NCBI GenBank assembly: GCA_012295275.1
Contig: CM022676.1
Span: forward strand, 17,918,001-17,982,000
Reading direction: 5' to 3'
DNA from: Chrysomallon squamiferum
Taxonomy: Eukaryota > Animalia > Mollusca
DNA: 64,000 nt
Each line of letters starts with the position of its first letter. Positions within the stretch are counted from its first letter, which is position 1. Below, piece by piece: positions 1 through 13,700 of the stretch. Below the pieces are notes generated by a model. The model had not been told where the DNA came from. It was given only the letters and a program-made list of their open reading frames with translations, and ran no database searches. A program made the translations under genes and the position numbers.

Positions 1-160
1 ATTTATTTGATATTTTTAATTATTATTATAATTACTTCTTTTTTACTAATTACTTAATTTAATTATTTTAATTTCACTTTTTTCCTTTTTCATGTTTTAT
101 TGTTTAATTTTTGTTTTCTTTCTGTAGGAAATATTATTATTATTATTATTATTATTATTA

Positions 161-232
<72 letters not shown>

Positions 233-250
233 TCTGTTTGTAGTTAAAAC

Positions 251-1815
251 ATGGCCACCGCAGCTGGAATCTCAAGTTGGCAGACAGGGAAGAATCTGAA
301 AGAATGCATTGAACACGTTTTTCTTACAAGAACTCACACGGACGTCAGATTTTTGGTTGGGGAACATAAAACTGCTGTGGATGCTCACCGATTCATTTTG
401 ATCATTCGAAGCGAAGTTTTTCATCAGATGATGACTGGAGAACTTCGGGAACAAACAAATATCAAAATACCGGATGTGCAGGCAGAAATCTTCTCCGAGT
501 TTTTAAAGTATGTTAAAAAAACACACACACTCACATATATACACACACAGACTCACACACACACATACACACACAGTCATCGAAATATGCGTACGAACAC
601 AGTAAAGAAGAAAGACATACATACAGACAGACAGAAACGTTGATAACAATACAGTTTTTGTTAGTAATCTAATTATTTTCTAATTAATTGATCTCACATA
701 ATTATCTCACGTTTTGAAGTTTTACTCTACTTCTTTTACACAGATATCTTTATACGGATGACGTCGTCCTAAAAGGCGACAACGTAATCGGTCTGCTGTA
801 TCTATCGAGGAAGTACATCATCACAACTCTTGAAGATCTGTGCACAAAATATTTCGAGTCGTCGTTGTCGTCACGGAATGCGTGCGTCGTGCTGGAACAA
901 GCTCACCTGTTTGATGAACATGATCTAAGGAAAAAAACTCTGGACTTCATTTTGGAAAATGGCGACGAAGTTTTGAAATCAGATGAAGTCACCGATCTTT
1001 GTCACCAATGTCTTGTTGAGATCGTACGATCAGACGAACTGGCAGCAGACGAGAAAAATGTTTTTGAAGCCGCTGTGAAGTGGGCTGACAGCGCGTGCAG
1101 GAAGCAAGGGAAGACGACGAGTGAAAAAAACATGCGCGAAGCACTGGGAGAGGTAGTGAAGCACGTGCGTTATCCTTTACTCGATCATACGTATTTTGTA
1201 AAACACGTGACACCCACTCACATACTCACTGAAACAGAAGCATTCAAGGTTTTGAAAAACTTGGCGAGCAGTGATGAAGATATTTCACCTTTCAACTCAA
1301 ACATTAGAACTGCAATTATGAAAACACAGATTACAATAAACAGGTTTGATGTGTTTGGTGCATTATTTAGAGTATTTGGTTTCTTCTTGTCATGTTTTGG
1401 TAAAGAAGATGACGCCATTACTTTCTCTGTCAACAAAAACGCTTTACTTCGTGGATTTCAGTTGTACGGTGACCTTTTACCACGAAACTACGACATCAGT
1501 GCCTTCGTCACTGACACAAGAACAGACGAAATACTGGACGGGTCTACGCTGAAACAGAAATATGAACACGTCATGCCTGACGTGTATGACGTCGTGTTCA
1601 GACGTCCAGTGAAGATTACTAAAGACACTGAGTACAGCTTGTTTGTTAATATTAATGGAGGAGACTCATTGCGTGGACGTGAAGGTAAATCAGAAATTGT
1701 TGTAGACTCATTTGTTTGTAGATTTTCTGAGTCACACGAATCTAAACACAGTGACAGACCACTTCGTACAGGTGTGACAGAAGGACAAATACCTGCTTTG
1801 TTATTTTTAGTGTAA
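251..1815 (+). CDS. BTB/POZ-BACK-PHR domain protein (BTBD1/2/3/6-like Cullin-3 adaptor); exons 251-507 and 744-1815, ~442 aa
   Basis: The ORF 251 translation has BTB motifs (TDVRFLVG..AHRFILIIRSEVFHQM..IKIPDVQAEIFSEFLK). The intron 508-743 (GTATGT..TTTTACACAG) joins in frame to give FLK-YLYTD. BACK (NACVVLEQAHLFDE..VFEAAVKWA..VRYPLL) and PHR (DAITFSVNK..GFQLYG..GQIPALLF) domains follow. An acceptor TAG 7 nt before the ATG implies an upstream 5'UTR exon. Confidence 0.93.
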
Positions 1816-2820
1816 AAAAAAACAACATCGTTCAAATGCTGTCACTTTTAGTCATCACTGGGATCATATTTTCATTTATTTATTTATTTATTTGTTTGTT
1901 TGTTTGTTTATTTATTTATTTATTTATTTTTGTTTGTTTGTTTGTTTACGTTTTGTATTTATGATGATGTGAGACACTAGTGATGACGTCATACAGACTA
2001 TTTGAAATTAAGATTTCTAATGGACTGTCTTCTGTGAAACACGTGCATGATGTATATAAACATCTTATTTCTTATTTATTATTATTACTGTGATTATTTA
2101 TTTATTTATTTATTTATGCATTTATGCATCTATGCATTTTTATTTTTATTTATTTATTTATCTATTTATACTATTATTTTGTATAGGAAACATAATATGT
2201 AAATAAATTATGTATGTATTTCCTGGTTCCTAAACATGAAAATAAGAACTGTTTTGTGATTTATTTATCCATTTTATTTTAAGACTACCAACTCTTTGTT
2301 TATTTATTTATGGATGAGACGTAAATAAACGAAAAACAGATACATAAATTTGTACTTTTATTATGAATTTTCACTTCGTTTATTTTTGTATTTAATTTGT
2401 GGTTAAAATGTAATCAGATGAATTACAAAGATATAGAAATAAATGTGTCAGGAATTATTATTAGTTTTTTGTTATTTATTTACTTTTTGTTTGTTTTCTG
2501 CAAACACTGAGTAATATTATATGTATATATGTGTCTAATACATACATACGTACAGACACACACACACACACCGTGCACTCGGTTTGTAATTAACTGTTAC
2601 ACCGGCACATTTCAGTTTCCCTTCCAGCTGCTGTTAATCTGTTGTGAACAAAACAGTGACTAATCCGGATGCTGTCTACTTCGGAAACCGAATGTAAATT
2701 CCAGAACAAAAGACAAATAATTGATATAGTAATTAGCATTTTCAATAACTACACACAATTTTTCACTGCAATTTAAACGTAATTAGGTATCTGTCTTGTC
2801 TCTGTGTGTGTATATATATA

Positions 2821-3854
2821 CTCTAACAAAAAAGAAACGCAAAAGTAGATTTTATTGACATTGGGAATATCTATCTAATGGATCAATAGAAAGCAGCTGA
2901 ATGTTCACATTTTACACACACTTTCACAATTCATTAATATTGATGGTATTACATTATAACAGTATAATATCAATTCTGTGTGTGCCCACCATGGGAGTCC
3001 AGAACTGCCTGACACATCCTTTCCAAGGCAGTAACGGCAGGACCTGAATGCTATTGTTGTGAAGATAAGCTGTTGTGAGTCTGGCTGTATGTGGCCTCGC
3101 ATTGTCCTGCTGGAATACAACGTTACCATCAGTCATAATTAGAGCGACATGTGGCTGCAAAATTTAATATCGGTATCTCTGTGCCGTTAAGTTGCCTTGG
3201 ATGTGAGCCAGGTTGGTCCTGCCAGTGTATGAGATTGCTGCCCACTCCATCACACCACCACCGCCAAATATGTCAGCTTCCTGGTTACAGTTTACAGCAA
3301 AACGTTCACCACGACGTTCTTTTCCGTAGATGAAGTACCCGTATGTAGCGGTCCTGGACCCTGGTGGTTTACCTGATCTATCAGGGTCACGTGTTGTTTG
3401 GTGTTAGGGGAACCGATACTACAATCTTAAAATGGTGCTTGGGGATACATGCAACACCCGGGCTACGGCTGAGAAGGTTTCTCCAGCTTCTAAACGGCCA
3501 GTGGTGTTGTTTCGTTGCGGTTCACTCAGTCGTGGCATTTGTTTGATGTTGGGTGAGAACAAAAGTAATGATTAGAAGTTTTCGAAAACCTTGCATGTTT
3601 ATAACCCTCGTATTCAACTTTCATGTGCCACACGTGCACCTGCACTGGTAACCTGGTTTGCATGCAGGGACGTTTTGGCTCATAAACACGATCATAGCCT
3701 TTATTTTGTGTTACCTGCTGTTTGGCGACTTTAACAAAAGCTATACGTTTGAATAACCAAATGTCATTTATATTCATAGTTTGTACATCGATATGTGTCA
3801 GTTTACAATAGGTATCTAAGAAATCAGTAATTTTGCGTTTCTTTTTTGGGAGAG
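2821..3854 (-). mobile_element. Internally deleted Tc1-family DNA transposon
   Basis: Ends CTCTAACAAAAAAGAAACGCAAAA / TTTTGCGTTTCTTTTTTGGGAGAG are flanked by TA. Minus-strand remnants include VFQQDNARPHTARLT and FGGGVM. It lacks the segments corresponding to ~44556-44789 and ~45061-45217 of the other copy. Confidence 0.9.
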
Positions 3855-4635
3855 TATCTATCTATCTATCTATCTATCTATGTATGTATGTATGTATGTA
3901 TGTATGTATGTATGTATGTATGTATGTATGTATGTATGTATGTATGTATGTATACCTGTCTGAGCCGATATTCTACATATATATGTATATAAACATACAC
4001 AGACAGGTATCTCTACCCGTCACGTCTGTTTTCCGCAGTCAGAGCAGTATTCACTCTTTCTTAAACATATATATACACACACATACACGCATACACACGC
4101 GCACACACACACACTTACACACACATATACACATATACACATACACACAATTATACATACACACATACACATAAACATAAACACACATGCACACATATAC
4201 ACACATATTCTCAACAAAAAAAAAAAAAAAAAAAAAAAAAAAAGTGGTCCGCGGGACCCCTGATTGCGCGGAACCCGAACATTTGCTACATCTACTACGT
4301 TGTTAATTCGGCTTTGTTCCCAACCACTGTCTAACGACATCAAATAACTGTTATCCACACAGTGTAAAACATAAAAATACTCTTGTTGTTATTAATGTGT
4401 GTGTAATATACAGCGCGTCTGAAAGCTAGATTCTAATCTTTACAGAACTTTTGCCATTTATAAAACAAAATAAGTAGTGTTAGTCAGTGAGTCATTGTTC
4501 ATACTACTTTTCTAAACAACAAAACCAGGAACATAGTTCATGCAGGAAATCTCTTTCTCTGTCTCTCTCAACGGATGTTCAGCCAAAACCGAAAAGCTCC
4601 ACAAAAAAAAAAATAATAATAATAAAAAAAAAAAA

Positions 4636-4674
<39 letters not shown>

Positions 4675-5930
4675 AGCAACAAACAGAAAAACGTTTGCAA
4701 TATTATTTCTACAAATCTCAGTACCGGCCCTGTCACCCTCACCTTAGATTATTGTGAATCAGTCCCTTGTTTAAGCTGACTTCAACGTGCAGAGTAAACA
4801 GAAGACAAAACCTAATCTCTAACACCTGCATTTAAAACTCGCGTCTAAGGTTTTCATTGAGGCATTAAATTTAATACGTAGTCACGTTTTTCCTATCTCG
4901 GGTTTTTGGTTTGTCTTCTTTGTTTTTACCTACTAATTCTCTTGATCTTACTTCTGTATTCATTATTTATTTATTTATTTATTTGTTTGTTTATTTATTT
5001 TAATTATGTTTGTAATTATTTATTCATTTCTATGTATTCCTTTACATATTTTTCGTTGTTTGTACGTTTGAGAGAAAGAGGAAATACATATATATATACA
5101 TCGAAGTTGTTGTTACTGTTCTTGTTACGTTAAAACGCAAGCGTGTGTGTGTCTGTCTGTGTGTGTAAAAGTGATTTGTATTGTAATCAATTTTAGAAAG
5201 ATGACGTCACAATATTTAATTTTAGCACATCATATCTCACTGCTTATAGGATACGAAGTGTTAGAAAACTGAAATCAAACTGAACTAATAAAAAATCAAA
5301 TAAACAAATAAATAAATAAATAAATATGTGTGTGTCTAAATTATTACTTTATTTAAATTATATACAGTTAATACATACAAGAGGAATGTATTAATTAGAA
5401 ACAGTTTCATAGATATCCAAAAAGAAGATATCCAAAAAGATAACAACAAAGAAAATGTTATTATTATTGGTGCAGTATTGGTAGAAACTAGATTTAGTAC
5501 TGTAATTAAGAACCGCTAGAATTATTTGAAAAGTCTTGAAAGGAAATGAACAGAAACAATCAAAAGTACAATCGATTCGTTTCTATTGGTGACAAAACGG
5601 GCAGCGAAGTCTTCATTGCTGTAAATAGATCAAAATTAGAAAATATAAACTCTGACAAATCAAAAACCTATGAAAATATTTTTAACAGAAATTTATTTGG
5701 CAGATATAACTGTAATTATTACATTGTAATTATTAATTATTTTTCAATACATGTCTACTGCTGTTGCCATGAAAACGGAATATATGTACGTCATCTCAAT
5801 TACATGTTTTGTCCATCAGTATAACATTGAAGAATCTGAAATAAGCTATTTAATACACTTTCAGAAACAAATAAAATAAAATTCTGGTTTGATTGGAATC
5901 GTTAAAAGATTATTTTGTTTACACAATAAT

Positions 5931-6258
<328 letters not shown>

Positions 6259-6859
6259 GTCCAAACAGTCCTATCACTTGCCCTCTTCAAGAATCTCAAA
6301 TTATTGCACAATGGGAAAAATCATGAAGATAGTTGAATATTACTATTTTTAAGAAAGGTTTATATTCATGTCTATGTGACTTATACGACAACAGAAAAGA
6401 ATCAGAAAGTCTAATAATAATATGTCACTGTTATAAGTAATTTTCTAACAACACAGTGATTTGATAAGAGTATAGACCTGATATTGATATCAAATGTTTC
6501 TGTCTCCAAGAACCTGCTGACCGCCTGACTGACACAGATAAAACATTTCTAATAATAAATCTTTAATCTTAGTTGGTACTCAAGATAACACTAGTTACAC
6601 AGCAATAATTTGGTTTAATGTAATTTAAAATATTTGAAATACAATTCAGGTAATAATAATAATACTTTTTTGTGATCAAATTTTTCATTGTTTAATATTG
6701 TAAATTTCCTCTGTTTCGTCTATTTAAACTTGTTTACATATGAATAACTAGACTCTACACTAAAAGTCTGAATATGCCTGCGATAAGTTTTGAAATGTTT
6801 GTCCTCCTTTTTCAGTTTGTTTTTGAAACACGTGTTACTGATAACATGACCTACTAATG

Positions 6860-7266
<407 letters not shown>

Positions 7267-7569
7267 GCGAAAGGGAGGTTTAAGAACAATTCATAAAAGA
7301 AATAAATAAATACTTTCAAATTTTATTTAACAATGACAAAGACAGAAAAATACCAAAGAAAAAAGAAAGAAGAACAGGAACAAGAAGAACAACAATCAAC
7401 GTATAAAAGAAGGATGTAGACAAACAGGGAAAGAGAGATGGAGAAACAGTTTAAGAAGAAGAAAATAATTTAAAAAATTCTATCTAAAAAAAATAAAAAT
7501 ATGAAAGAGAAAAAAATGAAAAAAATAAATAACAATAATAGTAATAATAATAATAATAATAATAAAAAA

Positions 7570-7617
<48 letters not shown>

Positions 7618-7800
7618 GGCAGCCAATACAGCGACTCATTTCTCAGACAGTGTGAAACGTGTTTTTAATATTCACTTGATGTAAACGTTTCAAATGGACG
7701 ACTGGGTTTTAATATTAAAGCTTAAGCGTCACAGGTTTTATCTACTTACTAACTTACTTATTTGTTTACTAAAATAAAAGATATGGAAAGAAAGACCAAC

Positions 7801-8312
7801 CATTGACATCTGCTTTTCTTGTAAACACATCGACAGACTCATTCGGGCTGTAGATACGTTTCCACAGCAACGCTCGGCTTGTGACGTCACCGGAAATGCT
7901 GATCCCACTCTTCAGTTGAATGTAGAGCGAGGCAGCGAGTCCAGAATACAGCGGTTTTAGTAGATCTCTCCACTTCCCCTGCTGTCATGTTATGTTGAGT
8001 GACGTCATAATTCTGTCACACGTCACACTAACAGGTGGCGGGAAGTGATTAATTTCATTGAATTTTGATTCATCAACCTCAAAAAATATTTAATAATTGA
8101 TTTTTTATTAAATAAGAATAAATAAATGACTACTCCTCTTAATACTACTACTACTACTAATAATAATAATGATAATATAAAATCGTATTATTAATCGATA
8201 CTATATTATATATATATTTCTTTATTTACATTTTTTTTCATTATGTATATTTTTTCTTATATTTGTAAATGTGTTTTCACAAAGTTATATCGTATTCCAT
8301 AAAATTCACTAA

Positions 8313-8343
<31 letters not shown>

Positions 8344-8611
8344 ATCAATAAAGTTTCACCTGCCAAATTCCTCCGTAAAACCCTTTTCTGTATGTTTTTG
8401 TATCTCCCCCATTATCGGACTCAACTAGAGCCAGTCGCTGCAAGAAAAGTCTGTCCTGAGAGAAGATGCAGTTGTCTCTGATCTGATCTACAACTGCAGT
8501 CACAACGTCATCACCTTTCTGCTTCTCTTTACGGGTTAGGTCTATTTCGCCGTCAATCACAACTGAAAGAACGACGACACAAAGAAAACGAAAGAGACAA
8601 GACGACGCCAT
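7801..8611 (-). pseudogene. Secreted protein with a lysozyme-like ES...GGIWQV motif; exons 8611-8360 and 8077-7801; in-frame TGA at 7987-7985
   Basis: The ATG at 8611 opens a signal-peptide-like MASSCLFRFLCVVVLSVVIDG, then ..FLQRLALVES..YRKGFYGGIWQ. After a phase-0 intron, exon 2 reads VDESKF..LNIT*QQGKWRDLLKPLYSGLAASLYIQ..LLWKRIYSP. The acceptor (GAG) is weak and no further exon is clear. Confidence 0.7.
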
Positions 8612-9033
8612 TTCTGACTGGAACCGAACCAGCAGACTCGAGAGTGTCAGAGAACGTGCGTGGCGCATATAAATGTTATCTTAGACGTTAAATATTTAAA
8701 ACAAAACTTTTTTTTTCTTTACTGTTATTATCACCACATATGTTCGTCTTCACGCTCATTTTTATTTTTTGTTTGTTCATTGTCTGAATAAAAATTTAAA
8801 AAGATAAAAAATAAATAAATAAATAAAATAAAATAAAGATTATGACGATGACGATGATGATAGTAATAATAATGATAATACTAACAATAAATAATATATA
8901 TATATATATATAATACGTACATACAGGTTATATATATATACGTACATACATACACACACATACATACATTCATATTGTTGTTGAAAAGAACAAAATAAAA
9001 CGGATGGAAAAGGGTACAGACAGATATTAATCA

Positions 9034-9126
<93 letters not shown>

Positions 9127-10788
9127 GTTTGTCTGTATTTCTCTGTCTCTTTCTTTATTTCTATCTCATTTTTACATGTTAAAAGTTTCTTTTTTATATT
9201 TATTAACGAAATCAATAATAATAAATAAATACGAATTAATAAGTGTGCCTGTATATTTATGTATAAATATGTCAGTATTTGTACGCGAGTATGGATGATT
9301 ATATTCTGTTAATATTTAGCTGCATTTGTTTATTCTATTTTTGTTTTTTGGCTTATATTTATTTATTTATTAATTTGTTTCTTGTTTGTTTCTTTATTGA
9401 TTTTAACAATAGAAAAATATATTATTGAAATTAAGAACTTCAAAAAATAACAAATTGATTCTATTACTTTAAAAAAAAATAAAAAATTGTAATAGGATGG
9501 ACTTACCTTTTCTTCTTTCTTTCTGTCTTCCATATATATATATATATATATTTTTTTTTCTTTTTTGTATTTTTTTTTTTAGAGAAAATTTTCCTAACAG
9601 CTGATGTAATATTCTGTTATCAAAGATTTTCTTACAGGTAAACAGCAAAGGTCGTGTCAACAGATATCTGAAAACACGTGACGTGTGCATGAAAATCCCA
9701 CAGTAAATTGCCCACCATCTGCTCATGTCTCTGTACGTAACTACCCGTGTATATGTGCGTGTGCGTGTGCGTGTATGTTAGCGCATCCAGGGTTTGCTAG
9801 GGAATACGGGAAGATGTGTTCTGTGAACCCAGACTGCTTAAACAAGAGAGAAATAGTATAAATACTGTTAAAACATGAACATCAACATGAACTAATTAGT
9901 TATGAACGAAAACTTTACTGAATGAAATGTCGATATTTTCGCGTCTTAAGTTACTACAACGCTAACTTGTTTCTGATGATGATGATGATTATTATTATTA
10001 TTATTATTATTATTATTGTTGTTGTTGTTGTTGTTGTTTTCTATTATAATAATGGCTTAGCTTAAAATTCTTGACAGTTTTTACTAAACTGATCAATGTT
10101 TGCCACATCACTGAACGAACTTGTAGCTATATATGACGTCAGACTGTTATTGGTGACGTTTTGTTTACAATGCTATAAAGAATGTAATGTCGGATTGTTA
10201 ATTTACAGGAGCTAACGTGGCGTAATTTCTGATTTTCTCAGAAAGCACGTACGAGGTTTAAGAAGCCAAAAACGCACACGCACGCACACATACATAGTAA
10301 TACACAAGCAACACATTTAATTGTGTCTTAAATTAAAACAATGTTGTTTTATTTCTATGAATCTCTATTGTTTAAGGAGGAATTCAAAGAGAAAGAAATC
10401 GGAATGGCATACTGGAAACAAAAGAAGTGAGTTTTTAAATCAGTAATGATTATTTTGACGACATACAAAGAGTCATACATATTCTTTGTTGTTTACTGTT
10501 ATTATTTTTATTTGTCTTGAACGAAAGAACTATCATTATATTAGATGTAAATTCATCATAGCAGTAATTTTAATTTTTCATCCCCAAAACCCCTATTATC
10601 GCTAACAAAATTTAACATAAAACTAAAATGTAATCATTTTATTTAGAAATATTGTCTGTTTAACAAACTGACTCAGAATGGTGACGAAATTTTAGCGTAA
10701 TATGTTAAATAAAAGATGTTTATTTATTTATTTATTGATTGATTTATTTATTTTTGTTTAATAATTTATTTTATTATTACTTTTAGGC

Positions 10789-13700
10789 ATGGCTTCATCA
10801 GTCATTTTTAACATTGTTTTTCTCACAGTTTTTCTCTCTAATGTTTTTGTTCAAGGTGAGTTTAATATAAAACTTAAAATTTAATTATTAGTTTTATACT
10901 CAGTATTTTGTGTGTTTGTGTGTGTGTGTGTTTTCACTTTATTTAGTACTTTCTTTACTTTCATTACATTATTTATTTTATGTATTTTATTTCATTCATT
11001 CTTTAATTCTTTCCATCTTACAGCTCCTATGGATCTTTCAGGGTCAATGACCCGAGCTGTACTAAACCAACCTTTGACCTTCACCTGCATTGTTACAAAG
11101 GCCTTGGATCAAGTCTACGCTCTGTACTTCTTGTGGAAGACGGAGACAGGACTCGATCTGTACATGGTGTACTGCGGAACAGGAACGTGGAATGTTTCGT
11201 CTGATATGAAAATGTACGTGTTGAAGATTGATAGACTGAGTGCACGCGACTTTACAGACTGGCAGTGCATGCTGGAAGTGTCAGATACTTTCAAAAACAT
11301 CATCACTCTGCATCTGAAACGTAAGTAAATTGATCTCATATCACTGGTGTAGTTTGAATTATTGTATATCTCTAAACCTGTAATATATGCATTTACATCA
11401 CTGATCAGAACCCAGGTACAAATCTTTCATTCAGCATGCTTCAAATTATTTTATCACTCTATACCTACAACATAAGTACATTTGTCACATGAGAATAATT
11501 TGAAATATTTATTCACTCGACACATACACCATAAAGACATGCATTGCATTAGTTGATCCTAGAATCAAATCTTCAGACAAGTATAGATTTAATTACTTTT
11601 TTTGATTCTATATCTGCAATGTAAACTATTTTGTTTTCTCATTGCTTGGTTCCCAGAATCAAGTGTTCTACCCAGTATGGTTTGAATTGTTTTATATCTT
11701 TACACATACAATATAATAAATTTAACTCATTGCAGAGTATCAAATCATCTCGCATGTATATATATTGAATTATTTTATCACTTTACACCTGTGTACATTG
11801 AATTATAATATTGCTTTGCACATACAACATAAATAAATTGAACTCACTGTTTGAGTCCAAGGTTCAGACCTTCACATCATTATGTTTGAATTATTTTATT
11901 GCTTTACCCTTAAATAGTTATCTGTTCTTCCTTATAAATCAAATATCCTTACTTGAATGTTTTGGGTTATCTTCGTCAGTTTGCATTAACTAATCTTCTA
12001 CCAGTCCTCATGAATAGCAGAAACTTGATCAAACCTTCAGATCAGAATACTTTGAATTATTTAATCAGTCTATAGCTACAGCACAAAGGAATGTTTCTCA
12101 CTGGTCAAGTCTCAGTAGAGTTTGAATTAATTTATCACTTTAAATCTGCACAGAAGTAAACTTTTCTCATTACTTATAACCCAGGATCAAATCTCCCACC
12201 AGTATACTTTGAATTTTTTATTGCTTTGTTTTAAGTAATTATGTATTGTCTCTGATAAATTATGTCTTGTCTTGTATGTTTTGGGTTATTTTAATCAGTT
12301 TGCATTAACAAATCTTATACCAGTCCTCAAGAAAACAGAATGCTTGTTCAAATCTTCACATCAAAATACTTTGAATTATGAAACCTTCATCCTTGCATCC
12401 TTTGAGACACAATATTACAGTGTTTTATTATTATTACTGAAATGGTACTAGTATGTGAAAACAATATTACATATCTCACTTACACTAACTGATCTGAGTT
12501 ACAATGCTTTGCTTTCAGTGTCATTGTTCTCCAAACACAAGTTACAGAGCCAAACTCACAACATTTCTAATTTCTTGACAAAATCAGTGTTAATAATTGC
12601 AGAAATAGAAGTTTTTGGGAAACAAAATCAACTTTATGTCATTATACTAACCCAATGATTTGTAATGTTTTCCAAGGAAGACAATTATAAATAAGAAACT
12701 GAAAAAATAATCTTTGTTTATTGGGGGTTTCCCATTTATGCCTTGTCCCAGTATATATATATATAGACATAAATCCAGTTGTTTATTAGTAAAATACCTT
12801 AAATAGTTACCTAATTTCAAGTAGACTTTAATATCGTAAGTTTTATATATATTTTATATATTGATATAATTTCACATACAACAATAAGAAAACATAAATA
12901 CATTGTTTACAAGTAAATAGAGAGTTATGTTATTTAAAGTAAACTGATAACAAATACTCAAGTAAGTAAATGTGTTTTCTCAAACAATTACTTTAACTAA
13001 ATATTTCACATATAACTTTAACTAGACATACACACATTTTTTATAAGTAAATACAGAGTTATTTCAAGTAAACAAATACTCAGGTAAGTAAATGTATTTT
13101 CTCTCACACTTTGTTTAACTAAATATTTCACATATAACTTTAACAAGACTTAAACATATTGTTTATAAGTTTATACAGAGTTATTTCAAGTAAACAAACA
13201 ATCAGGTAAGTAAACACAGAGTTATTTCAAGTAAACAAACACTCAATGTAAGTAAATACAGAGTTATTTCAAGTAAACAAACACTCAGGTAAGTAAACAA
13301 ACACTCAGGTAAGTAAACAAACACTCAGGTAAGTAAACACAGAGTTATTTCAAGTAAACAAACACTCAGGTAAGTGAACACAGAGTTATTTCAAGTAAAC
13401 AAACACTCAGGTAAGTAAATACAGTTATTACAAGTAAACAAACACTCAGGTAAGTAAATACAGTTATTACAAGTAAACAAACATTCAGGTAAGTGAACAC
13501 AGAGTTATTTCAAGTAAACAAACACTCAGGTAAGTAAATACAGTTATTACAAGTAAACAAACACTCAGGTAAGTAAATACAGTTATTACAAGTAAACAAA
13601 CACTCAGGTAAGTGAACACAGAGTTATTTCAAGTAAACAAACACTCAGGTAAGTAAATACAGAGTTATTTCAAGTAAACAAACACTCAGGTAAGTAAATA

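Larger units (their letters stand above)
132..4848. repeat. Left arm of an inverted segmental duplication (partner 42958-49062)
   Basis: Reverse-complement similarity runs across the BTB gene, intron, 3' flank, Tc1 element at the same site, (TATG)n/(AC)n tracts and flank up to ...GCGTCTAA at 4848, matching TTAGACGC at 42958. Confidence 0.9.

Noticed and set aside
865-1815. Stand-alone 316-aa gene (likewise 14962-16308 and 16642-17193)
   Set aside because: These are exons of spliced genes; the ORF-track starts are not the true starts.
3526-3777. Conserved 83-91 aa ORF present in both arms
   Set aside because: It lies in the Tc1 5' non-coding region; its conservation reflects duplication or conversion.
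7985-7987. TGA read as selenocysteine
   Set aside because: The context fits a mutated Trp codon, and no SECIS element was recognised.
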